64,000 nucleotides of DNA from Sphyrna mokarran (Eukaryota), in the NCBI GenBank assembly GCA_024679065.1, contig JAGIQG010000002.1, forward strand, positions 40,672,001 through 40,736,000. The letters run 5' to 3'. A program made the position numbers and the translations under genes. The notes below the pieces were generated by a model that worked only from the letters and a program-made list of their open reading frames with translations, was not told the origin of the DNA and did not search any database. Positions 25,131-36,935 of the stretch are shown here, piece by piece. Each line of letters opens with the position of its first letter. The first letter of the stretch is position 1.

Positions 25131-27169
25131 CAGCCTCTTTTGAAGTATCAAATGCATGCAATATAAATGCACAAAATATTTTTCCACAACATCACTAACA
25201 GCAATTTTTCATCTTAAAATGGTATGAGAATAGACAATCCATTCTATTAAGGTTACTTAGGTTTTTAGGTAATCCAAAACTTCTATCCAAAGAAATAGTT
25301 CTAAAATCAAAGGAGCAAACAAAATTTAAAAAAGGTCTGTCAGTACTCCTCCCCTCTGCTTACAAGTTAGTTTCTAAGGGGCAGCTAATGAGATAACGTA
25401 TTACTGGTGGAACAGCTTGGGGCCAATTAACTCTACAAATTAAGCTTCATGCCCATTTTACCACGGACCACCTACTAAGAGATCATCACAGAACTTGCAT
25501 AGAAAAATAATTTTGAAACCAAGGTAAAGAAAATAAACAGTTTATCAAAGAAATATTTAATAAAAAGCACACTAATCAGTCTTAAAATAATACATAATAA
25601 TATCACTCATCACAGACCTTAAGAAAAAATGCCCACAATGATCTATCAATTTCTGTAGCCTGGACTTCCCCTTTCCAGATCTCTGTCTGAATCTGGCACC
25701 AGGCATCCAGCAATAGTGATACCATCAAGCAGAATAAGCAGCCAATCATGTTGAAGCATTCTCACTTCCAGCATGAAGAAGTGAAACCCATTGCATTCTT
25801 TCACTATTCACTTTTAAAATATACGTATAGCAGAATATATGGTTGGAATGTTCATATGGAATTTAGCTAAAAGCTAAAACATCAAAGAATCTTTAAAGTA
25901 TATCATTCCAAGAAGTATATGCAGTTTTTTTATCATTGTATAAATTTGAGATTCGATTGGTATAAAATTATTCTTTTAGGGCTATGATGCTGGCTGGTAG
26001 AAATTATGAAATCAATGCACCATTAAAAGCCTCGTTATACCTCATTCAACAAATATATAGCTTTTAAGAATTTTTACAACAAGACTAAGAGTCCAATTTT
26101 AACTCTATGCAAGTGGTTTTCAGTGAGTTAAAATCTTGCCCTAAAAGTGGAAGTTCTTATCGGTTCATTAACTTCCTATTGAATACAGCCTTAAAAGTGT
26201 ACACACTGGAGAAGGGTAGAATCACTGACTCAACCTCTAGATTTCCATATTTAAATACACATGTCCAGATTCCAGAACCTGCTCAGTCGCGGAGAAGTAA
26301 TGATGGCAAACGTTGATAATTTTCCTAGCCTTACTTTAGCAAAATGTGAACCATTTATATTCACTGAAAGAGGATGGTACTGAGAATTACTGTAACAAGG
26401 ACAACTGTCTCGTACATTTGGCCATAATTGTTGAGAAGAACATAATGACAAACGATGGTTCAGACCTCTACAAATTTCAAACAACTTCTCTTGCTTAATT
26501 TCTAATCAAATGTTTCAAATGTAGAGTCCAAGAGATAACCATATCAGTGGCAGAGAGATTACTGGATGAAACCATGCACATGGCTTCATACTTCAGTCAG
26601 AGCAAATTTTTAAAGATCATCACCTCTATTCTGACAAAAACACGAACAACTCCTTTTCTAGTGACAATCCAGTCACATCTCTTTCGCCATTAGAATTAAG
26701 CCCTTAGTTTTGATTTTAAGAATGTAAAACCATAAGTACTTTTATTTTATTTGTTTATTATTTTCCTCATCAGATTTTTCCCACTTCCTTCCTCTCAAAG
26801 GCATTGTTGTCTTTTTTGCTGTGGCAGTATATACAAATGTTGGATACCATTGATTTCAACATCTTCCAATGATACTTCTCATCTAAATGTTTGTCCAGAA
26901 AAGTAAAGATGGTTTCTTAGCAACAAATTTGAAAGTAAGCATTTTAGACATCACTTTGTAAAAGAAAGCTGTAACAAGGGTATGGAAACAGAATCTTGAT
27001 TGAACATTTGCTATTTTTGTGCCCCCGCACCCCCCTCCCCTCCCCGTCCCGCTTTTGTTTCCATGTTCAACTGTGGCTAAAGATGGGGAGAGTCCCCATT
27101 AATGATTCAATGAGTTTATTCACTGAGTAGCTTAAAGATAAAGGCAAAAGAGGTCCCCAGGGTTGATAT

Positions 27170-29930
27170 AAAAGCAAACAAATGTTGAAAGTGCTCAGTA
27201 GATTAGGCAGCACTTGTGGAGAGAAACAGTGTTAACATTTCAGGTCGATAACCTTTCATCAGAACTGATGAAAGATAAAAATGTGTTTTTAAACAAGTGA
27301 AAGGGGGTGGGACAGGAAGAACAAAGGAGAATGTTTGTGATAGGTGGCAGGCAGAGAGATTAAATAACGAATGATTAATCATGCAACAGGCTAAGAAAGT
27401 GGTAGTGGAAATGGTGAAGACAAAGTTTGTGTCCAAATAAGACTACATAGCAACCATCCAAATGCAACACTAAGAAATAAAGAAAGGAACAACGCCAACC
27501 CAACAATACTAAAACGTGGGGAAAATAACAACACTTGAGATAAAGATATAAGTCATGGTCTAAAATAGTTGAATATGATGTTCAGTTCAGAAGATTGTAG
27601 AGTGCCAAGTTGAAAGGTAGGGTGTACAGCAGCCCATGGACAGAAAGGTCAGCAGGCGAGTGAGATGGAGAATTAAGATGACAAGCAACCAGAGCATTTA
27701 AACAAAATGGAGATGTCCCATAAACCCAATGTGCATTTGGTCTCCCTGCTGAAGAGGAGAGACCACATTGTAAACAGCTAATGCAGTATATTAAATTGAA
27801 AGGAGTACAAATAAGTCACTGTTTCACTCGAAAGTCGTGTTTGGGGCCTTTGATAGTGAGAAGCAAACAAGTGAATAGATAGGTACTGCATCACCTGTGC
27901 TTGCGTAAAAAGATGCTGTAGGAGGAGAGTGTGTTAGAGCTGAGTAAAGAGTGAGCTCAGCACAATGCTATACTCTTCTCCCATTAGCTCCATCTCTATA
28001 TTACTTATAAAACAAAGAATTTTCCTCCCATCAAACTGTTCATTCATCTCAAATATTCTCCCTCCATCCTGGACCCGCCACCCCCACCCCATCACCCACT
28101 CCTTTCATCTTCCTCCCAATCCTCCTTTCTGACCTCTTATCCTTTCTAGTCTCTTCATTGAGAACTGCCAGAATGACATCAGCCATCTCAATTTCTCTGC
28201 TTTTCTCACTCACCTGTAACCTACTTCAATCCCTCTATTTTCCATTCCCCACCAGACAGTCTCAGAAGTCTCTGCTTCTTCCTTGAATGAAGACCCAACT
28301 AGTCTCCATCCACCATCATCCTCTTTTCCCTGATAGAGCTTGTTCTCATTCTAAACAATTTCTCCTTCATCTTCACCCACTTCCTCTATATACAAGGTAC
28401 CAACATGGGTCACAGTTATGCCTCCCTTTTATGCAATAAGTGGAACACTCATTATTCCACCAACACTGGCCGCTTCCCTCATCTCTTTTTTTGGTACATT
28501 AATGACTATATTGATGATACCTCCTGTTCTTGCAATTAACTGGAAAACTTCATTGACTTTGTTTCCAATTTTAATCCTTCTTTTACCTGGTCCCTCTCTG
28601 ATTCTTCTCCTCCTTTCACTAACTTCTCGGACTTCATTTCTGAACATAGGCTATCTATCAATATTCAGTTAAAACCCATAGATTCCATAGCCAATTTGAC
28701 TACTCTTCTTCATACCATGCTTCCGTTCAATTTTCCCAGATTTTCCATCTCATGACATCTGTTCTGATGAATCAGTCTCCATCTGTTTTGATGAAGCAAT
28801 CTTTGACACCAATATTTTCAACATGTCTTCCTTTTTCTTCAATCAAAAAATCCCACCCATCATGATTGTTTGTGCCCTCAACTATGTCCAATCCATTTCA
28901 CGCTCTTCAGCACTCATCCCTTCCACTGCCTCCCAGAACTTCTTGTTGTCACCTTCCACTCCACCTCTGTATTCAATGGATCATCTTCCATGATTTCCAC
29001 CTGCTTCAGTGTGATACCACCACCAAATACAACTTCTTTTCACCTCTCCTTTCAGCTTTCCAATGGGACTGTTCCCTCCATGACATCCTTGTCCACTCCT
29101 CAGTCATCCACCCCTTCCCTAAAGCACCTTTCCATGCAAGAGCAGGAAATGCAACACCCATCTGTTGTCTTTTCCCTTCTCTCCACCCAAGGCCCCAAAC
29201 ACACTTTCCAAGTAAAATAGCAATTTACTTATATTTCTTTCAATTTAGTACACTCTATAAACTGTTCATGATGTGGTCTCCTTTACACTGGGGAGACCAA
29301 ATACAGACTAGGTTATTGTTTTGTGGAACATCTACATTCAGTCTGCATGGCCTCAGGTTTCTGGTTATTTATCTTTTTAATTCTTAACCATGCTCGCATG
29401 CTGGACTTGTCTGCTACAATATTTCTGCCTTCATCTTATTCTATGTGCTTTTTTCATTTTGTTGGATTGGTCATACATATCATGTTTCTTTTTTTAATCC
29501 CTTCATGTTGAATTCAGATGATTTCTATGTAGCCATTCAGGCTTCATTTGGCCATAACTTTTGTTCCTTTACCACATGCATTACCAGTCTGTTTAGCTGA
29601 TGCAATATCAAATAGTTTGTTCTCCACCCTATCACAAACTTCTCCTTTGTTTTTCCTATCCCCTCTTCCACTTACATTTCAATCTTCCTTCAGTTTTGAT
29701 GAAAAAAATCATCAACCTGAAATGTTGGCCAAATTTTCCAATCTACCTTGTGGTGCGAGTCATTCAAACGTTCATTGACTTCAGTGGAACTAGAAGAACC
29801 TGCAGGTGGGAGGGGCCAGTAAATTCAAGCATTAACTTGGTTTCTCTCCTGGGGTGCTGCCTGATCTGCTGAATATTTAGTCCGTTTTTTGCTTTGATTT
29901 CAAATTTTCGGCATCATCAGTATTTTGCTT
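27170..29930 (+). mobile_element. Penelope-like retroelement (RT + GIY-YIG) with an inverted 3' copy at its left end
   Basis: RT LVLILNNFSF..QGTNMG..SYA and FFWYINDYID (28340-28520); GIY-YIG LYTGETKYRLG..F.EHL (29281-29340); 27170-27960 is a reversed GIY-YIG/pLTR segment; degenerate. Confidence 0.85.
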
Positions 29931-30335
29931 GTTATTTGTGTCCACAGGTTTGATCCCTACTGTTATATGGTTACTGATCTCCACTGGAGCTGTCATAAGA
30001 ACATTACAATTCTCATAATCGATAGAAGAAAGGGAAACAATTCAGCCAAGGTTGCGCTTTTCTTCAATAATGATTCCCACTTATGAAAGTAAACATAAAT
30101 ATCAAGTACAAAAAGGAATAAACTAACAGGCATCCCATTAGCATGCAGATATTCAGGAAAATAACAATCAATTTAGTATGGTACTACAGTATATCTCATG
30201 GACCCACATTCAACCAGTTAACTCCTTTAGATGAAATAGAGGAGAGAAAATTGTCAAAAATAAAACAACAATCTAAGCTAAGACTCTCATATGGTGCTAT
30301 ACTGAAGATGTGAAAGAATTGTTCGAACTCCTTTC

Positions 30336-30455
30336 AGTGTCTGTGTGGAGTTTTCACATTCTCCCCATGTCTATATGGGTTTCCTTCAGATACTCCTGTT
30401 TCCTTCCACAATCGAAAGATATGCAGGTTAGGTGGATTGGCAGTGCTGAATTGTC
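30336..30455 (+). mobile_element. V-SINE core fragment
   Basis: gtctgtgtggagttttcacattctcccc...aggttaggtggattggc. Confidence 0.75.
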
Positions 30456-30469
30456 GTTTGGTATCCTAA

Positions 30470-30710
30470 CCAAATAAATAACAGTATGGCCTTTTTTGAA
30501 AGCAAGTGTATCAGAGACAGAGAAAAAAATGCAAAGAGAGAAAATCCCGAGCCAGCAACTCATTCAAAACTCAATCGTCATAGTATCCTGTCCCATTTGC
30601 AGCAGAACCTACTGGGCACAGATCAGCTTTAGCTGTCACCTACATGTCCACTGGAACACTGCCAAATACTCCAGATAATAAATATAATCACCTTTGCTTC
30701 ATAAAACAAA
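30470..30710 (+). mobile_element. RTE-clade LINE C-terminal fragment
   Basis: SCPICSRTYWAQISFSCHLHVH resembles the RTE terminal C2H2 motif CPxCxRxxxSRIGLxSH. Confidence 0.6.
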
Positions 30711-31089
30711 CCACATATACATTCACAATTTCAGTCACATGGTCATTATTTACCCCATATTCAACAGGTCAACCATATCACCCTAACTGACATTCAATAT
30801 TTAGTACATTATTCCTGCAGAAGTTGCACGTGAAGCCAAAGCCCATTCGCAAATGGTGATTCTCAGATATCAGATGGTGCTTTCTGTGATGACCACTCTT
30901 CTTCTCACTTCCCACCTCAAATTAGATAAATGATTTTCAATCTTGTCAAAAGGTAGCTATAGCAACAAAATACAAGACTCAAGAAGTGTTTCTGAAATTG
31001 CACAAATCCAGTCCAACTGAGAAGTACTGCCTATTGAAGGGAAGTTTTTCTAGGCACTGAAGCCAAGGCTCAGGAATCTTTAACATAAT

Positions 31090-33860
31090 CCCAGTTCATG
31101 CAAGAGACCGTGAGATGGATAGAAAGCTGGTTCGCAGACAGGAAACAAAGAGTTAGTATAAATGGTCATTTTTCAGATTGGCAGTCAGTGACTAGAGGGT
31201 GATCTGTACTTGGCCCCCAGTTGTTCACATTATTGATTTGGAAGAGGCAACTGAATTCAGGAACTGAAGGCACTGTTGGTAAGTTTGCAGATGATATAAA
31301 GATCTGTACAGAGACAGGTAGTATTGAGGAAATGGGAGGGCTGCAGAAGGACTTGAACAGGTTAGGAGAGTGGGCAAAGAAGTGGCAGAAGGAATACAAT
31401 GTGGATAAGTGTGAGGCTATGCACTTTGGAAGGAGGAATGGAGGCATAAACTATTTTCTAAATGGGAAAATGCTTATGAAATCAAAAACGAAAAGGGATT
31501 TGAGAGTTATTGTTTAAAATTCTCTTAAGGTTAACGTGCAGGTTCAGTCGGCAGTTAGGAAATCAAATTTGGTTTTTAATCCATAGATCTATAAACATGG
31601 ACAGGGATCGCGTGTAGAAGTGGGAACATCGAGGTGGCAGCACGGGCTCATTGGGCCGAAGAGCCTGTTTCCCATGCTGTTTTGTTCTTTGTTCAAATGC
31701 AATGTTAGCATTCATGTCAAGAGGGTCAGAACACAAAAGCAGGCATGTACTTCTGAGGTTGTATTGGGCTCTGGTCAGACCCCATTTGGAGTATTGTAAG
31801 CAGTTTTAGCCCCCATATCTAAAGGAAGGATGTGCTGACCTTGGAAAGGTTCCAGAGGAGGTTCACAAGAATGATCCCTGGAATGAAGAGCTTGTCATAT
31901 GAGGAACGGTTGAGGACTCTGAATCTGTACTCGTTGGAGTTTAGAAGAATGAGGGGGGGATCCTATTGAAATTTACAAGATACTGCGAGGCCTGGACAGA
32001 GTGGACATAAAGAGGATGTTTCCACTAGTAGGAAAAACTAGAACTAGAGGGCACAGCCTCAGGCTAAAGGGACAGAGGAACTTCTTCAGCCAAAGAGTGG
32101 TGAATCTGTGAAACTGTTTGCCACAGACGGCTGTGGAGGTCAGGTCATTAAGTGTCTTTAAGACATAGATAGATAGGTTCTTGATTAAAAAGGGAATCAG
32201 GGGTTATGGGGAAAAGGTAGGAGAATAGGGATGAGAAAAAAATCAGCCATATTGAATAGCATAGCAGACTCATGGCCTAAATCTGCTCCTATGTTTTATG
32301 GTATTATCTCCAAATTTGCAGATGATACAAAGTTGGGTGGGAGGGTGAGCTCTGAGGAGGATGCAGAGATGTTTCAGCATGATTTAGACAGGCTGAGTGT
32401 GTGGACATCTGCATGGCAGATGCAGTATCATGTATAAATGTGAGGTTATCCACCTTAGTAGCAATAATATGTAGAAAGATTATCACTTGAATGGCTGTAA
32501 ATTGAGAGAGGTGGATACTCAATAAGAGCTTGGCATATTCATGCATCAGTTACTGAAAGTCAGTTTGTAGGTACAGCAGACAGTAAAGAAGGCAAATGGC
32601 ATGTCGGCCTTCATAGCAAGAGGATTTGATTTTAGGGATAGGGATGTTTAGCTGCAATTGTAGAAGACATTGGTGAGTGGTGGAGTATTGTGTGCAGTTT
32701 TGCTGTCCTTATCTGCGGTAAGATATCCTTGCTATACAGAAAGTACAGCGAAGCTTTACCAGTCCGATTCCTAGGAATGGCAGGCGAATGAAATGTTGGC
32801 CTTTATAGCTAGGGGGGTAGAATATAAATGTAGGGAGGTACTTTTGCAGCTGAATAGGGTACTGGTGAGGCTGCAGTTGTGGAGTACTGTGTGCAGTTTT
32901 GGTCACCGCATTCGAGGAAGGATATATTAGCCTTGGAGGGGGTGCACAGAAAGTTCACTAGGTTGATATCGGAGATGAGGGCATTGGATTATGAGGAGAG
33001 ACTAAATAGGCTAGGTTTGTACTCGTTGGAGTTTAGAAGGCTGAGAAGGGATCTTATAGAGATATATAAAATAATGAAGGGGATGGATAGGATAGAGGTT
33101 GAGAGACTCTTCCTGCTTAACAAGGATAGCAGGGCACAGCTTCAAGGTTGGGGGGGGCGGTTCAGATCAGAGTTGAGGAGGAATTTCTTCACACAAAGGG
33201 TGGTGAATCTTTGGAATTCTCTGCTTGTTGAAGTGGTGGAGGCTTCCTCGCTGAATATATCTAAGTCAAGAGTGGATAGGTTTTTGACTGGCAAGGGAAT
33301 TAAGGGTTACAGGGAGAAAGCAGGAAAGTGGTACTGAACCACTGCAGATCAGTCATGATCTTATTGAATGGCGGGGCAGGCTCGAGGGGCTGGATGGCCT
33401 ACTCCTGCTCCTATTTCTTATGTTCTTATGTCATATAAGGAAAGATATTAATCATATTAGTAGGTTAGGATTATATTTATTGGAGTTTAGAAGAGTGAGA
33501 GGAAATCTTTTGAAACTTATAAAATTCTAACAGGGTTAGAAGGATAGATTCAGAAAGAATGTTCCCAAGGGAGGGGGAGTCTAGAAAGAGGATAAGAGGT
33601 AAACATTCTAGAGCTGAGGTGAGGAGAAATTTCTTCATCCATGATGGGGGGTAAATGTGTGGAATTCACTACTACAGAATGTAGTTGAGGACAAAGCATC
33701 GTGTGATTTCACAAAGAAATTAGATATAGCTCTTGGGGCTAAAGGATCAGGAAATATAGAGAGGGAAAATCAGGATATTGAATTTGATGATCATCCATGA
33801 TCAAAACGAATAACAGAGCAGGTTCAAAGGGCTGCATGGCCTACTCCTGCTTGTAGTTTC
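31090..33860 (+). mobile_element. Stack of nested CR1 3' ends (at least 4 insertions)
   Basis: KFADD motifs at ~31280 and ~32312; tails at ~31690, ~32300, ~33430, ~33860; ORF 32879-33337 is an open CR1 C-terminus. Confidence 0.92.
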
Positions 33861-34273
33861 TAATGGGGCAGAAAGGCATTGTCTCATGATGTGATTCCAT
33901 CCAAATCTAGCTCATCAGGTCAAGATCGCTGGATAAGTTTCAGTAAAGCACACTGACTGAGTGCAGCTTTGTATTTCTTTCATTATTTTCCCCTAATACT
34001 CTCACCATAGATATGCATATCCATGTACAGTTTCGGACAAATTTTAACCAAAAATGTTGCAAAACTATACATATTTATATGTGTAATCTTTTATTATATT
34101 AATGCTACATTTTATATGCTCTGAAATGGTAAGTTAGCAAGCAGATGAAACGGATGGTTAACTTCTTAAAACTCTACGTTATGAATATTTCCACAAAAAG
34201 TAGCAGCAAATTTACTTTCACAATGCAAAACACCTATACTTACCACTGAACATTGAGCACAAAACTGACTTAC

Positions 34274-34369
34274 CTGCATTCTGTAGAGTTTCAATATTTT
34301 GTGGTCTTGTTGCAAGTTCTGCAATTGTTTGTACAAATTGTGCTCTAGCTTTCTGGTATTGCTCAAAAA
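34274..34369 (-). CDS. SPAG6: SPAG6 coding exon 2
   Basis: VFEQYQKARAQFVQTIAELATRPQNIETLQNA(G); 96 nt; cacag/gtaagt; synteny downstream of BMI1. Confidence 0.96.
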
Positions 34370-34482
34370 CTGTGATGAGGAGGGAAAGGGCAGGGTTAGA
34401 AATAAAAGTAAACAAATTCTTGAAACATTAATTCTCATATATAATGATTCAACAAGAGTTCTAAAACAAAGCAGATAATACT

Positions 34483-34880
34483 AACTGTGGTTCAATAGTA
34501 GAACTCTTGCCTTTGAATCAGACAGTTAGTCTAACTCCAGAATACAAAATATAAGTTGACACTTCAGTACAATACCAAGAGAGTGCTGCACTGTATTGGA
34601 GGCCCTGTCTTTCAAATGAACTCTTAAAAGTGAAATCCTGCCTTCCCATTCAGGGGCTATAAAAGATTTTGTGGCACTGTTTGAAGAAATGGGAAATTCC
34701 CCTGGATAATATTTACCCCTCAAATAAGATCACAAAACAGGTTTATCACCATATTGGTGCCTGTAATAAATTGCAGTCCAGTTTTGTGTCATGACAACAT
34801 TAATTACAATTTATATAAAATTCGCTGACTATGAAGCACTTTGGGATATCCTGCAATACTATATAAATGCAAGTATTTAT
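34483..34880 (+). mobile_element. DeuSINE in SPAG6 intron 1
   Basis: Similar to 15585-16025; tail ctatataaatgcaagt. Confidence 0.7.
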
Positions 34881-34984
34881 TTTTGTATAAATAATTTCTG
34901 CTTAATTGCAATTTCAGATCAAATAAATAACTTTACATCTTTCCCTTGTCTATTAAGATCAATAATTTACAACTGATTCATTTC

Positions 34985-35495
34985 TAATGAAAAGCAGCCA
35001 GCATAATCAAGGACCCCAAGCACCCTAAACATACTTTCTTCCACCTTCTTCCATTGGGAATAAGATACAAAAGTCTGAGGTCATGTACAAATTGATTCAA
35101 GAATAGCTTCTTCTCTGCTGCCATCAGACTTCTGAACAGACCTACCTCATATCAAGTTGATCACAGAATCACTGCAGAGAAGAAGGAGGCCATTGGATCC
35201 ATTGAGCTTGCACTGACAACAATTCCATCCAGGCCCTATTTCCATAACCCCATGTATTTACCCTGCTGGTTTCCCTGACACCAAGGCGCAATTTGTTATG
35301 ACTAATCAACGCAAGCCGTACATCTTTGGACTGTGGGAGGAAACCGGTCTTTCTCTGCACCTTAGCTATATAACACTCCATTCTGCATCCTTTCCTTTCC
35401 TTCTCTATGAGCGGTATGCTTTGTCAGTAAAGTGCAGAAGAAACAATACTTTTCACTGTACACTAATACATGTAACAATAATAAGTCGAATCTAA
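34985..35495 (+). mobile_element. Rex-Babar LINE 3' end with nested antisense V-SINE (35163-35346)
   Basis: AASIIKDPKHP..FHLLPLGIRYKSL..FKNSFFSAAIRLLN. Confidence 0.75.
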
Positions 35496-35550
35496 CAGTA
35501 GCCTTCATGAAACAAGTCAATAATGCTTATAATTTCTAAAAGATGGTTAC

Positions 35551-35575
35551 CTTGTAAAGCTAATCTTTGAGTCAT
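35551..35575 (-). CDS. SPAG6: SPAG6 (PF16 armadillo-repeat axonemal central pair protein) coding exon 1
   Basis: ATG ACT CAA AGA TTA GCT TTA CAA G|gtaacc = MTQRLALQ (cf. MSQRQVLQ); 25 nt, phase 1, joins exon 2 in frame. Confidence 0.9.
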
Positions 35576-35599
35576 GATGCCCGTACAGTGTGTAGATAT

Positions 35600-36060
35600 A
35601 TATTGGATGAAAAATACAGTCTGTCCCCACACACACGGGATCTGGTGCCTCTGCTGTACTCTGTGCAGTGTCCAAGACAACCGGTGAATTGTGCTGTGCC
35701 GCGGTTACCACGGCGACGAACCGGAAGGGGATGCTGGCCGATCCTTGGTGGAGGTCGCCACTTTGTGATTGTGAGCTGAAGCGCGTGAGCGGAGCAGTTT
35801 GCAGAGTTTGAGCTCTGCTCATCATTATCGTTGTCACTTGTTGTTCGCAAGTGTTTAGAGTGCGAGTTTGCAACTTGAAGCTCTCAAGCATTCCCCCCCC
35901 CCCTCAACACACACTATTTTTTTCTCTCTTGTTCCACGCTTTGATTGACAAGCACTCCGTGCATGAATTGTTCGCATTCATCCTGCCTGTAGCAGCAGCA
36001 GCAGCTAGCCAGCCAGCCTTCCAAGCTTTGTTATAGTACTGTGGTTCTCGGCCTGTGTCG
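35600..36060 (-). promoter_or_regulatory. SPAG6 promoter with RFX X-box
   Basis: GTTACCACGGCGAC at 35704-35717, ETS-like CCGGAAG at 35721-35727, CpG-rich, ~130 nt upstream of the ATG; typical of ciliary genes. Confidence 0.75.
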
Positions 36061-36479
36061 CTGATTCAACAGTGCAAATGCCATATTTTCCGATGAAAAA
36101 TGTAATCGGCTGTGCAATACTCCACAATACAATTCACCTGAACATGTATTAAGCATGCAGTTTGTTGTACAATCTTGTTAAGCATGCTCTCTTGGCGACC
36201 AAAAAAAATGTCAGGAACCCCAAGAGTAAAACACGAATTCAGTTAAAAATATTCACGTCTTGAAAGGTTAAACGGAAACGATTCGAGTAGTAGCAATGCA
36301 AACGGGAGCTCTGTCTCAGCATCTTTGCGATCGTTCTGAATACAAAACACCTTTGCTCAATATTAAAGTGATTTGGGGCTAGTGTTTTGAATTTTGATTG
36401 CATTTCGTGGAAAATCGTTTATAGTCAATATCATGCAACAAATGCTTCTTGACTGGAGGTCCTAGCTAGATACCAAGAA

Positions 36480-36935
36480 AACTAAAATCACGGAATTGTT
36501 ACATTGCATAAGGCGGCTTTCAGCCCATCGTGCCTGCACCGGATCTCCAATGAGCAATACACTTAGTACCACTTGCCTCGTACATGCCTCGTACACGCTT
36601 CTTTTTCAGATAAGCCTTTTGAATGCTTGATTGAACCTGGTTCCACCATACTGTCAGGCACTGCATTTACACCTTAACCACTCCCTGCGTGAAAACGTTT
36701 TTCCTCGTGTCATTAAGTGTTTATTTTAACCAGTTATTATAAGTCTGTTCTCCCTAGTTCTTGATCCTTTTACCGTGAACAGTTTCTCCCTATCTACTCT
36801 ATCCAGGACCCTCATAATATTGAATACCTCTGTCAAATCTCCGCTCGGTCTGCTTTTCTCCAAGGAAAACAGTTCGTTTTTTCCATTCAATTGTCATAAC
36901 TTGTGTTTTTCACCTAGAACTAGTCTGGTGAACAA
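36480..36935 (-). mobile_element. Old CR1 3' fragment
   Basis: cagcccatcgtgcctgcacc tail; ttctccaaggaaaacag is reverse LFSLE. Confidence 0.7.

Noticed and set aside
25680-25730. Minus-strand MVSLLLDAWCQIQ resembling SPAG6 exon 3
   Set aside because: Very short match, no continuation into AALALGRLAN, no splice sites
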